This document shows, piece after piece, positions 48,775 through 61,677 of a stretch of DNA of 64,000 nt. The stretch lies in assembly GCA_000708835.1 (NCBI GenBank), contig DF237141.1, positions 87,665 to 151,664 on the forward strand. The letters run 5' to 3'. The notes under the pieces are model-generated. The model did not search any database and was not told where the DNA came from. It saw only the letters and a list, made by a program, of their open reading frames with translations. Each line of letters starts with the position of its first letter. Position 1 is the stretch's first letter. Origin of the DNA: Klebsormidium nitens (lineage: Eukaryota; Plantae; Klebsormidiophyceae). Made by a program: the position numbers and the translations under genes.

Positions 48775-51700
48775 TCACCTGGTATAGTAATCTTTGAGCG
48801 ACAGCCCTTTGGGAAACGTCCCAAACCCACTGGTATCCTTTTTAGCCGGCGGTTCTCTCGTCGGGGTTCCGGTCGACATCCTCGGCGGCCGCGCCTTATC
48901 GCGCGACAGCGGCCGGACGACCAACATCCGCCCGGGGAATTCGGACGCTCTTCGGACGGGTATTTCCACCCGCTTTTTTAACCCCGGCGCAATACCTAAC
49001 CTTTCACTGTCGTTCCCGTTGATCAACCTCGCAAAGTCGTCCACAGACGACCTTCCTAACGGCGTACCTAACCGGTTGTTATACCCGATCTCAACCTTTC
49101 GGACGGCCGCCAACGGCAGACTGCTCGCCCGGCGGACGTCCGCCTTAACCCGGGCGCTGACTTCGGGCTTTGGCGCCAGGTCGGGCGGCCTCAAAGCCTC
49201 GAAACCCTTGATGACGTCATACACCCGCGTCGCGTCCTGCGCGCGGCCGGCGCTCTGCGGTTGCAGAGGCCCCGTAGGACCCTGAAACTCCAGTTGCATG
49301 GTGTTGACCTTGAGCGAGACTTTGTTTACGGGGCCTCCCACAAGCGCGGGCATGGTGGAGGGTTCCGCCGGAATTCCGTCCGCCAGACCGCTGAACGTCT
49401 CCGCGGCCTGCTCGCGCTCCTCGTCGCTGACGCGGACGCCGTCCAGGGTTTGGAGGGTTGGGAGGCGCGCGATCGCGGTCGCGCGGTACAGCTGGCGGCG
49501 CGTGATCTGCAAATTAAGCGTTACGGAGCCCAATAAAGGACGGCGGAGATTTCGGAAGAGACATGGAGTGTGGTCCAAAACAAGCTTTGCCAGGGGCCTC
49601 TCTACTTAGAACTGACGGAGGAAATCAGGGTGAGAGATCTCAATGTGGCACAGGGCAAGCTTCGCAAGACGGCTGTTTTGCGAGACAACGAAAGTCGGTC
49701 GATTCGAAGGGTCCAGAACCGGCGGCAACCCCGTACTCTCCTACCAGGATCAGGGCCAAGGTTCAGCGAGTTCCTATACCGTGATCAGCTTCGGCGCCCC
49801 GATAGGGTGTGCGCACAAGAACCTGAAGTAGCTTCGAAAATGCGACACCAAGTGGGTTAGCACGTTAACCTTGACCACTTCAGCCACTCCTCAGCAGTCA
49901 GTGACGCATTGACCAACCTGGTTTAGATAGAAGGATTTCCATCTCAGTTAGGACCGCTCTGAAAGTGACTCTGCGGTCAACCTTCTTACCACCGTCTCAT
50001 CCGACGCAGATGAGACGGTGCTTGACCGCCCACTAACCTGATTGTTAACCAGGTTCAATTTGGACAGCCCGGACAGCCCCGCGAGTCTATCCAGTTCCGG
50101 CAGTTCCGCGATCCGGTTTCCGCCCAGGTACAGGTGCCGCAGCCCCCGGAGCGGCCCAAAGTGCGCCAGCGAGCGCAGCGCGTTCTCTTCCAAGCGCAGC
50201 TCGCGCAGCCGGACGGTGTCCGCAAACGACGGGCCGTCCGCGCCCTTGATCTTGTTGCGGTCGAGAACCAGCTTTTCCAGCCGCGAGAGCTTGTCCAGTC
50301 CGTCGATCTGCGGGCGGAACAGCGGAGAAAGGAACGGTACGTTATTCACAGCGGAGAAGGCATCGACATCAAGAAACGAACCCCTTTATCTATTTTGTTG
50401 CGGTCGAGGACTCGCTTCTCCAGCCGTGAGAGCTTGTGCAGTCCTTTGCAAGCGGAAAGGCGGAAACGGTACGGTACATCGTTGGCAGCGGAGAGAGGAG
50501 ATCGCTTGTCTTTTGCATAATCAGATCTCTCGACTTGTCTCCTGCCCCTTTTTATGGAAGTCCTTTAGCAGAAAAGTAGTCATCCGATAGAACACTAGCT
50601 CACCTACTCTCTACCACACAGGGTTGATCTTTCCCTGTCGAGTTCAACATCGGAGCACGTCGGCATTCAGGCGACTGTGTGGAGATTTATAAAGAGTGGT
50701 TACAAGTATGGCGCTTAGGCTCGTGCCATTGCAACAGTGGAGCTCACCTTCACAATCTCGTTGTCTTGGAGCATGACCATCGTCAGCTTCGCGAACCGGT
50801 GCAGCTTCAGCGCCGCAATACTGGTGATAGCATTCCCGGCCAAATGGAGCACCTCCAGCGAGGCGAAAATGTCCCCGGGGGATCCCTCCGGGCCGTTCGC
50901 AGTGGGCGGCGCGCCCTCGGCCAGCGGCCGGTCATCAATCTTGTTGTTGGTCAGGCGGAGAACAACTAGACGCGGGAGACATCTACAGAGAAGAAAAGAG
51001 CGTTGTAAGAGCTCGGTCGGTGAAGCCGCGTTTGTGTAACGAGAGCGCCGGGACGATCTGAGTATCGTAAGATGCCTCCAGACAAGAGAGTCTAGTGATG
51101 CTCGCGGCTTTCATTGCTCGCCGCAGTCTCTATAAGAATACATGACGAAAATAATTTTGGAAGATTGCTAACAATCTTCTGACGAGAATGTCCTCGAGGG
51201 CTTCAACTGCTAAACCGCAAGAGTCCATCGCCCCCTCTACATTTTCCTGGGTTATAATGACAGGCTTGGAAGCTGCGAAAACAAACCCTAAACCCTTACC
51301 GCAGGCCGGAGACATCCGAGAGTCCGTTTGAGTCGAGGTCTAACTCGGTGAGCGCGGCAAACGAGGCGCCTGAAAAGACGGCCCCGCAGTCGCGCAGCTT
51401 CGCATCGGACAGGTCCAGACTCTGCGAGGAGCCCCAGAACGTGGTTAGCGTTCGAGTCCGCAAATATCCTGCCGTAGTACCATGTGAGAAGCTGGATGAG
51501 CAGATAGTGGAGAATGTCGACCAGTCTTAGAATTGTCACATCGAGGGTCCAATGCTCGGACGAAGAGAGCATTTTTACAAAGAGAGGAAGAATGGACATA
51601 TGATGAAAGCTTCTGGGCTTTACTGAATTAAGTCAGACATGCAGCAGGCACAATACGTCATCCGATCACTAGGCGAATCACCGGTTTCACAACTTTTTCT

Positions 51701-54700
51701 ACTCTTCTCACACGGAAGTCGACAGCAACCTATAGAAGTCCGATTCATTTTAAACCCTGGGGAACCGTACAGAACATGTGGGGTTCCCTTGAGCTTGTGG
51801 ACTGTGATTACGAGGGTTACCTTGACCCCGTCAAAAGCGGTTCGGCCCGTCCTCTCCTCGAGCTTCTCCAGCGTGAGTCGACCCGTGTACTTGGCGATCG
51901 CCTGCGCTTGCTCGCCGTTGTCCACGCCCAGACCGTCCAAGACCTGCGGAAAGATTTTTCGGGTTAAGACCGACGTCCGGACTTTGCAATTTGAAGTTGG
52001 GGTTTGAAACTGGGTTAGATATAATGGGGTTGGGGTTTATTCTGCGTTTATTGCCACGCCAAGACAGTCCAGCATCCGAGGGTTAAAAGTATGGCTATAC
52101 GGGTAAGTGAGGTTCTGAGTTGGCTATCCAAAGTTAGGGGTTGAATTATGGGTCTGAGGTTAGGTTTCCGGGCAGGTTTGAAGCCACACAAGCAAGTAGA
52201 ATACTCGCATAAAAAACCATTGAAGCAGATGGAAACCGTGCTTACCTTAAGCTTGCGCAGCGAGAACAGGGTATACCCCCGGTATTCAGCGTCCGCACAG
52301 ACCGGGTTTCCGGACAGGTCCAGAATGATGAGCTTGGGAAGGTCTCGTAAAAGCAGCACTTGCTTGATCTCAGCCACCCGGTTGTTGCCGCAGTACAGCT
52401 CCATGAGTGACGTCAGACCCGCCAGAGGTTGCAAAGTGGTGATCTCATTGTCCTGAAGAAGGGGCGTAGAGGGTAAAGTTTTGACTGTTGGCCTACTGAG
52501 TAGAAGATTTTGGTCGACTCAGCTTCGAGGCAAGGAAACTGTCCCTAAAGCCAAAAGGTATCGGGATTGAAGTCCGGAATTAACTTTGTGAAGAGACGGC
52601 CGATTGAAGCCAAAAAAACTTTGCTCAAACCCGTGAACACAAGCCACGCCTGGATTGTTTAACGTGAACCTTCTGGCTCTTATTGGGCTCTAGCTTGATT
52701 GCCTTGGTCCGATTCGTCCACAGTAACGCGGTATCCACCAACGGCTTGAACAACTGCTTCGAATAATATTCTACTATAATCTAACGCAGACTTTCGAAGA
52801 AAGCTTCACAACTCATTTGACGCCTCGCGTTTATTTTTGTAACTACGAAGGCCGTATAAGCCCCTGCATCGCCGCTCGGACAGAAAAGAGAGATTGCAAG
52901 CTAATTCCACTGGCCTTCTTGGAAAAAAGAACCCCAAAATCTGAAAAGAAGAATTCGACACAAGATCCTCACCTCGATTGACAGCTGCGAGAGCCCCGTC
53001 AGCGTTCTGAGTTTCTCGCAGGACGCGACGCGGTTCTTTCCTAGCTCCAGCTTTCGCAACCCGGTCAGGTTCTCCAGGCCGTCGATCTGCAAAGAAGCAA
53101 GGGACACTTGCATCGAACGGGTGCGAATCCTTCTGTCGGTTGCTGTTCATTTTTCAGGGATAGGGATTTGTTGGTACTTACGAAAGCCTGGTATCAAGTC
53201 ACGGCGACCGTAACAAGAGCATCGTTGAAAGAACCCCGGTCCTGCCTGCTAACAGCTCTTTCTGCATTGAGAAGGCCACTACTTGTTCCACAAAAGAATG
53301 GCTGGCTCTTATGCACAATTTTCTGCACGCCAGTCTTGGACTAGCGCACGCCCGATATCAGATTAAGAGCCTATGATTGTTTCGATGAGGGCTTGACACT
53401 CGACGAGTAGAGCCCCTCCTATCTCTGCCAAGAAACCAGCCAGCCCTTTATATATGAGCTTCTTCTTACCCTGACGATCCTGTTCTCCTCCAGGTTCAGA
53501 TCCTCCAAGAGGACCAGTGACGTCAGCACGTCCACGTCAGCGAGCTCGTTGTCGCGCAGGCTGAGCCGGCGCAGCTGCGTCAGCGACTCCAGGCCCTGCA
53601 GATTCGAGGGACCTCTTGTTAGACAACGAGAGGCTACTACATCAGAGACAGCTGCGCATAAGCTCTCAGGCTCTTCTTCTTGAAAACGGGTATCCAAGAA
53701 CCAACTACTGAGTAAACTTGCTCCGGTCAGACGAAAGGATTCTACGACATCTCTTTGCTTGGGGGGCCCGTGCGCCGAAGATACGTGGGCATTTTCTGCA
53801 GCATGTCAGCATGCTTGCGTCAGTAAGATCATTAGAAAAGTACGGCAGCAGAACCGACTTAATACGTTGAACAGGTAACAACGTCCCGAACACAAAAAGC
53901 ACACGAGGATTGATTCCCAAGTAGGAAGCTTGCCCTGAACAAATTATGAGACCCACCTGCAACCCCCTGAGCCGTCGATGCTCCAACGCGAGCTCCAAAA
54001 CCTCGCCAAACCCCCCGTCCCGAGCCCCCGCGGCCGGCCCCGCCGCGTCCGCCTCTGTCAACCTTTCCGCACCAGACCCAACAAACCCCCCAAATCCCCC
54101 GTGCAGCCTCCCTTCCCTAGGCCAATCCTCCGAGCTTCTCCGCTCTCCCCCGTATGTTTCTCCAGGCAAATCTACCCCCCTTCCGGGGGCCGAACTCGTC
54201 CTGGGTTGCTGGCGCCCAGCCAAAGCCTCACGTATTGTGCCCGAAGTTACGCAGAGCAATGCCTTGGGGGAGTGTACTGAGTGCCCGGTTATGGGCTTCC
54301 CGTCTAGAGCCGTGAGGTGCTTCAGTTTGCGAAGGACGGTTTCTTGGTACCCCCACGAGTCGGTGACCGGGTTGTTCCGCAGGGAAAGGGAGGTGAGGGA
54401 CGGAACCTGAACGGAAAGAGAGATGAGTGGCAATTAGAGTCCTTCAGTCGATCGACAAAACACAGAAAAGGGTAATCGAGTCAAACTGGCGTCCGCATAA
54501 ATAGATGCGGAGGTGAGAAACACGTTACAATGATTGAGGTGCGAAGCACGACTCCTCAAATACCGGCAACAATCTGTCGAAAGCTATCCAATAAAAGCAT
54601 ATTAGAAGGGGCTAAGAGGGAATAATCGTAAGGAATCATACCGAAAGCAAATTACAATAGGATGAGGTTTTTCAAGTTGGCAAGCGCTCCATAAATGGCA

Positions 54701-57700
54701 AGCGTTCCTGCCACGACCTCTTTACACTAGAATCTCTGAGCTTCTTCTTAAAAATTTGACCTCCTTTCACCAGCTGTAGGTTGTCAACGGCAGGCCTTGA
54801 GAGCATCAAAATCAGAAGAAGAAGAACGAAAGTAGCAAGCGAAAAATTTGCGGGAAACTTGAGTCCCTCACGCTTCGCTTAAGCGTGCTGACGTCGTCCA
54901 ACTTGTAGATCTGATTGGACGCCAGGTCCAGCGTCCGCAACGCGTGCAACCCCTTCAACCCGTCGATCCTTTTCACATAGTTATAGCTAACGTCCAGCTT
55001 TTCGAGCTGGGTTAACCCGTCTAACCCCTCCAGCTTTTGTATGCTATTAAACGACAGAACCAACACCCGCAGGTTGACGAAGGCCGACAGCGCTTCGATC
55101 TTTCGAATGGAATTGTTGTGTAGATTGAGCCACGTGACGGCCCACGGGGCCGCCACGTTGCACTGCTTCGTCAGCGCGTCCTCCGTCAGGACCAAAGTGC
55201 GCGCGCGTGACGTCAGCAGCGGCGCCATGTTGAGCACGGTCAGATAGGCCCCGTCCGTGCAGCTCTCCCCGTTCCTGGCCAATGCGCGGCTGCCACGTGG
55301 CGACCGGACGTCCGCCAGGAAATGTGCGAGCGGCCGGCAGATCGCTCGGACGTCCGGATCGACCCGGTCCAAACCGTCCGAATGTATCGCGGCGATCTTT
55401 GCAGCTTCGCGATCGGACACAAACGGCCTTCCGGCCTTAACCACGGCTTGACCCAAAACGCCCATCCCCCGGTCAACCGTATACTCAAACTCGACGACGT
55501 ACTCGGGGAGAACTAACGCAGTGTCGAATACCGCCCACGTGCACTGTTTTTCGTCGCTTGGGTCAGGAACGTACACTGAGTCAGCCCCTGGGTAGTCTAA
55601 CCCGCTCACTAACCCATTTGATAATCGGTCCTTAAACCGCTCGAGATTGACCGACCGGGGCGCCCCGGAGCTCGGCCGCAGCGCTGTGTTCGAAACCGCC
55701 CCACTCTGCACCTTTCCGTTTACTTGGTTACCTTTCGGGTTACCGCCTAACCCACCTTCTTCCCCCGCCGCCTGCGTCTTCCCCAGAAACACCTTCGAGA
55801 CGAGCAGCCTCCCCGTCAAACCCGCCAGCGCGCGCTGGAGCCCCTGCTTCATTTTTAGGTTATCGGCTGACCCCCTGACGTCACCCCGGCCGTCGCTGAC
55901 GTCAGCGCGCGTGCACGCCTGCAGGCGCGGCAGGTCCGCGAGCCCCAGGCTGTTGGTTAGCGTAACCGCCTCGGTGTCAAACCCGTCTTCGGCGATGAGC
56001 TGAAGGTGCTCGGGGTTCGAAAACTCGTTCCCGGTAAAAAGGTACTCGAGCGCACGCTTGTAGTTTGGGTCGCTCGTATCGACCTGTATTCAAGATGGAA
56101 AAGCGGGGGTAGGAGGCTTTCTTACACATCCCCGGTTCATAGAATGGTGGAACGGGTTTGGGCGTTAAGGGCTGAAGTGGTTAAGAAATTGGGGGCTACT
56201 GAGTTGGCTTGCTGGGAGCAGGAAAGGCATACCTGCGTCAAGAGTCTGTCGGACTTTGGGCATTCTCAAAACGGAGCGACTGTGGGAGATTGCTCCAGTT
56301 TTAAAGAAAAATGACAGGACAAGCCTTTGGCGCGCCCTTAATGGTCAAAGAAGCTTTCGGCACGGGTTCCACGGAACATTAGGCATTATCTTCCTAAGCT
56401 CAACTTTCGGAAGACTCTTTTCCCAGAGCAAGCCGGAACGGGCCGCCTTGCTTACAGGCTGAAATCTCACCAATTGTTGCCCTCACCTTCTCTTCCAACG
56501 TCGCTTCGAAGCGGTTCCTGAGCGACCGGTTGTGGACCCGCGTAACGCCGGTCACTCGCACGCCCGTGATGCCGTATCGAGAGTAGTCGGCGGGAAAGAA
56601 CCGGGAGGTGACGAGGTCGGAACAGGAGGAGAACCTGAACCATGCGGACGCGTCAGTCTCAGGAGCCCAGACGGACATTCGAGGAAGTCGAGCAGTGCAG
56701 GCACGATCCAACGTGGGCAGCGGATGTACTTGGATAGGGGGAAAACGGACCGAGAGATTGCTTAAAGTGAGTAATGCGCAAGTTGCGTTCCCAAGAACTA
56801 GATCAGGCACTTTCCACAAGCGCTTCTATGGAAGCGGGTAAGGCCTAGACGTGACTTCAAAAAGCAGAAAGCAGACGGTGCAAGCTTGAGTATCTTCTTC
56901 ATGAACTTGTTTATCCCAACGGGGAGTGCACGCTAGCTAGCAACGTGCGCTACCGTTGCCGACGCTTCCTATCCATCTTATTCCCTTGCTCTGATTTTAC
57001 GTCCTTCCTTTCCACGTTTGCTGAACACATTCGAACTTTACAAGGCTCCAATCCTTCCAATATCAAAATCAACCAACGGCAAGAATGGATCCTCACCACA
57101 GGTCGGACGGCTTCCCGTCCTCCAGCCGCGTGTTGCCCCCCGTCTCTAGTTCCAATCTGAGCCGCCGCACTGCCACGTCACTCAGCTCGTACGCTTCCTT
57201 CTTGCACCGCTCAAACGTCCGCTCGATGTCGTCGACTTTGGCGACCAGTATATTGACGGCTGAGGTGGCCGCTTGGTGCTTTTTGAAACGTGGACTGTCC
57301 GGGGCCTTGTCCGAAGGAGCTGTCTCCATTTCTTGCTCGACGTCCTTTTGGAGGCGGGTCAGGGCGGCCAGCACCGCCTGCAAAACGGGGCCTCTTGGTG
57401 TGTTCAAGTGCTTACGGAAACTCTTTCCTGACCATCGTTTTTCTCACTACTGTAGCCTCTCTCACTAGGTGCAATCCTTGCATGAAAAGTCGTTCCCAAA
57501 TTTTGATGTCCGCCAGCAGTCTAAAATATTCTTAAACAACCTGGATTTCGCGGACATATCCTTTGAGCACAGCTTGTGGGGGGAGTCGAAAGTGAACCCA
57601 ACTACCTTTTCGGTTGGCCAGAGCAGGACCCCTTTTGTGCGGCTGGCCAATCGGCGCCGTCATGCCCTCGGCCGAAGACATCATTCAAATAGAAACATGA

Positions 57701-58904
57701 TAAGAAGAGAGACAGGAAGGAGCACAGGAACAAGAACGCAAACTGGTTTACCTGCGCTTGCCCGACCTGCGCCGCCTTCCCCTCGGCCGCGAGCTTCACC
57801 CCGTTGCTCGTCTTGCGCTGCAGTGTCTTGATTTTCATGTTATAGTACATTCGCTTCTTCATGTACGTCGCCTCGGCCGCGCCCTTCGCGTCGTCGCTCA
57901 GCTCGAGCGCGTCCAAAACCCTTAAACCTCCCATCGCAAATAACGCGTAAGTCTGGTAGTTGCACAGCTGAGAGACAGGCGATTGGCCCCAGTGGGGGTC
58001 CGACAGGTAAAGCTCCCTCAGCTTGGGGAGCCGTGCCAAGTGCGCAATCTCCTTGAACGACCCGACCTTGGTATCAGCGAGGTTAAGCGTTTCTAGCTCT
58101 TTGTTAATCGAAAACACACCGCCAACGCTTGAGATTGGGTTTCGTGCCAGGTTGAGGTTGCGCAACCTGGTTAAGTCCTCTAAGCCTTCAATGCGCTCGA
58201 TCTTGTTGTTCGCGAGCCAAAGCGACTCAAGCGCTGTCAAGTGGGCCAGGTTCTCGATCCTTTCAATCTGGTTGCTGTGCAGAAACAGTTCCCGTAGTCT
58301 TAGACACTTTCCGAGCCCGTCGATGCGCTCGATTTTGTTTTCGCATAGCCAGAGCGACTCCAAATGGACGCAACTCTCGAGGCCCTCTATGCTGTGGAAG
58401 GTCTGTTGCATGAGCGCGAGGGACTTTAGGGCGGGGAAGAGCTGGAGGCAGCGGATCCGGGGAAAGTTGAACATGAACATTTCGATTCGGTGGATGGTCT
58501 CCGCGTTGAGGCGCAGCGTCTCGTCGGAGACATCGTTGAACTCGCAGAGCTCCTCAAGCACTGTCAGAAAAGACGAAACGTATTTCAGTATGGCTTTCGA
58601 GAGTTGAAGGTTTACGGGACTTTGGAGACTCTCCCAGGTTTGAACGTCCCATTGTCACCGCTTCTTCCAAAGCGGCTTCGACTAAGGTTGGTGGGCTGCA
58701 ATTTTCAAAAAGGCCCGTCACTTGCTCTCGTCAATTTAGCAATTGATGCATGCCTCTCGGAAGATACAAGGAAGGACAAGTATCGTCGACTTAATCCCGC
58801 TCACCAGTCTTCTCTTGCTGCGACAGGCTCTGAAGCAACAACTTCTGTCTTTGGACCACCGCCAGCGACCCCACCAAAGGGCCGTCCCCATCTTCGACAG
58901 CCAT
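48775..58904 (-). CDS. LRRC9: Leucine-rich repeat-containing protein 9 (ciliary LRR protein with central ART/PARP-like region), ~1640 aa
   Basis: Exons 58904-58805, 58560-57752, 57377-57097, 56634-56487, 56083-54872, 54406-53957, 53595-53470, 53086-52973, 52452-52246, 51943-51821, 51421-51300, 50982-50748, 50307-50038, 49506-48775; total 4929 nt, in frame. SDS22-like LRRs plus LRRC9 signatures LEELCEFN, LCNYQTY, MKKRMYYNMKIKTLQR, RVHNRSLRNRFE, LEYLF, LVLPEYVVEFEY. Confidence 0.88.
50393..50455 (-). repeat. Acceptor-side echo of LRRC9 exon 50307-50038
   Basis: Reads GL(H)KLSRLEK(R)VLDRNKI on the - strand versus the live GLDKLSRLEKLVLDRNKI. Confidence 0.82.
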
Positions 58905-61677
58905 AGTGCTTGCCTGTAACACAGAATTACATAGTAAATGCTTTCTCGCTAAAAAAGTATGGGACGCGATCGCATTGAGAGCTGGGGCTGAGAGGTGGAG
59001 CCTTTCAAAACCGTCCTTCCTGAGAGTATAGGAGAGCTGCTCCTGTAGATTGGACCACCACAGTGTGCACTGGTGAGATATCGTTGGCGAGATCTGCATT
59101 CAAAGGTTGATGGAAGTTACGCTTAGGCTAACAACTGGAAAGAAAGACGAAGCAGATTCTTTGCTCTAACAACTTCATGGACTCGGGCGGCGGTGGTGGT
59201 AGAGCCTAGCTGAGAAAACCTCTTTAAGGACAAACACCAATCGAAAAAGAATCTAAAGCAGCTTCCGAAGTTGACCCGAACTAGCAAACACCACGGCTGA
59301 TAGGCCTTTCCTTGTCATAAACAACATTGTTGTAATGGAGGCCGTCAACAGGGATAAGCTGCTCCTGAGGACAAGCTGGGACTCTGGCTTGCCCTTACTA
59401 AGAGCGGCGGGTAGATCTTCAAGTAGTACAACAGGGGCAGATGAACTGGGCCCTAATGTTGGCATGCCATGGCAAGACAGGAGGATGTTTACACCTTTGG
59501 TGACGAGGGCCTTCTGTTTTGGATGGGATTCCACAGCTCATGCAAACTGCAACCAAGCTGGCATTGCGAGCAGCTAGAGGTTTGCATGTGACGACCACCT
59601 TCAACTCACCTTTTTTTCAGCTCATCCGGCTGCCCAAACCACACTCCCCAGTGATGTCTTTTAGTCGTGACCTCATGAGCAGGCTCATCCTCTGAGATCG
59701 AAGCAAGGAGCTCATATTGTCGCATAGAGATGGCCTGGCCTGTCGGTCAGCTCGTCAACCATGGCGACCATGAGCTCTCCCATTCCTGATGGGGAGAGCA
59801 ATGTGTCACTAATCTGGTTCTCGCTATGCGCACACCCTTCTCAGCGTTCACTTAGGCCCGTCCTTGCTAACTATGTTATGCACCTTCCTGAGATTAGGGT
59901 TTGCATCAAGTATCAATTGCAATTCTCTTCGCGTCCAGGCAGGCCACTAGACAGCAATCGCTTAGCAGGCTTGCATCAACACGGCACCTCTCTTGGTACC
60001 CATACCCTACCTTTCCAGCAATGCAGAGCTATAAGCTCGAAGATCTATAAACTTCTGACGTTAATCCAGAGGCTATGCAGACGTTGCAGGCTGGGACACT
60101 GTTCAAGCCTTCTGGCTGGGGTTCTTCCTTGCTTCAGAGGCGCCCCACCATGACGAGCTTTAGACAGAGCTGCCATCCTCTGCAGACATTCTGCCAGCTC
60201 CCATGCTTATAATCTGATGGGGCAGCTCGCAAAGTGATCTGCTGACCAGAAACCAGAGAAGCTGGTGAGCTGATGAGTTCTTTGATGAGTTCTTGACTTC
60301 AGCAATTGTACACCCATTCTGCACAGCTTGCGTGAGAATGAGGTACGGACCAGCCTAGCTTAGGTACGTACCTTTGACCACGTGGGAATTGTCTGCGCGA
60401 CTATGGCCGCGGGGCTGACGCTTATACCGGTCTGCAAATACGGTGCCTTTTGGGGGGGGTCTTATTGCCCCCCATCACCAGGCATTTCTGAAATTAAGTC
60501 GAGATGTGCAGCCGGTGACATGTAGAAACGGGAATGGCCCCCCCGACTGAAAAGAAAAGTTGCATGACCGTCGACGACTGGCCGTTTTGCCACAAATCAA
60601 GTCTTTCATCCGACAAAGCAGTTGGCCCATACAGTGCATGCAGTCGACTCTGAGCTGCTTCCTAATTGAATGCCATGCAAAGCTAGGGCTCAGGCTTGAG
60701 GGATGAGTCCGCAACTCTGCTTCGGGAAGGTCATCATCTCTCCATCTGACATGGCCATTGGCGTCATGGGCTGGTGGCAGAAATAACTTATGTTGACTTC
60801 TGTTGAACATTCTTCTTGTAGGCAAGTACCCTGTACGGAATTTCTGCTCGCCTCGGAGCTCCGCAAAGTAGAGGCCGGAATCACGGAAAAGAGGGAAATG
60901 TCAAAAGAAGCATATCAGCGCCCCCCTTTGCGTCTGCGTGGAGCTACCTTCTCCAAACTCTGTTATCTGACTGATCCAAGTCAAAGGGGCGTTCAATGCT
61001 ACAATTGCTACCTCAACGACTTTCAGTTCAGGTTCAGTTCTGCATGATGCTTGCATGCAGCTCGGACTTTCGAGCTCTGGTTCCTGCTGCTGGAATGCGA
61101 CGTGATTGTGCTTGAACGAGGGGACAGCTGAGAAGTGCTAGGCACCGGTAGGTGCCCCATCACTGGCAGCTACGTCCTCGTCCTTTCCACCATTGATGTA
61201 CTACTGCCCCGCATTGTTGGCACTGTACGGGCAGTGTCGATGTGAAGCAAATCCGCTGCTGAAATGGTTTTTGGTTGAGGACGTCATGCTGGGCTCCTCA
61301 AAGGCTGTTCTCAAAACCTGTGCATTTCAAATTGAGTGCACTACTTTTCTTTCACGTTTTGGCAGTCTGCAGCTCACTCCCAGCATGGGCAATAGCGCCG
61401 GCACGGCGGCAGAATCTTTACCAAAATTTCGCTGACAGTTCCGCTTTTGAACACTGCGATTGGCTTCCCAAATGCTGAGGGAGCTCTGCAGCAATCCAGG
61501 TCGTTGCAGAAGTCTTAGTCCCAGACGCAGGTTTTTCGGCACAATCGGATTTGATCAAGTGAACTTCTTGCGCTCTTCGGACGGTCTTGCCAGAATTGCA
61601 TCGCCTTGTCATCTGACCGTGGCAGAAGCCTCGACGTCTCTGTCGGCAAACCAATTTTCATTTGTCTTGCTTTTGCA

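Noticed and set aside
58791-59099. 102-aa ORF as an independent gene
   Set aside because: Its distal part is LRRC9 exon 1 (58904-58805), spliced in phase 1 to LEELCEF.
59253-60884. Short ORFs between LRRC9 and the CuAO remnant
   Set aside because: No family recognised. They may be decayed CuAO 5' sequence or element debris, but I cannot support coordinates.
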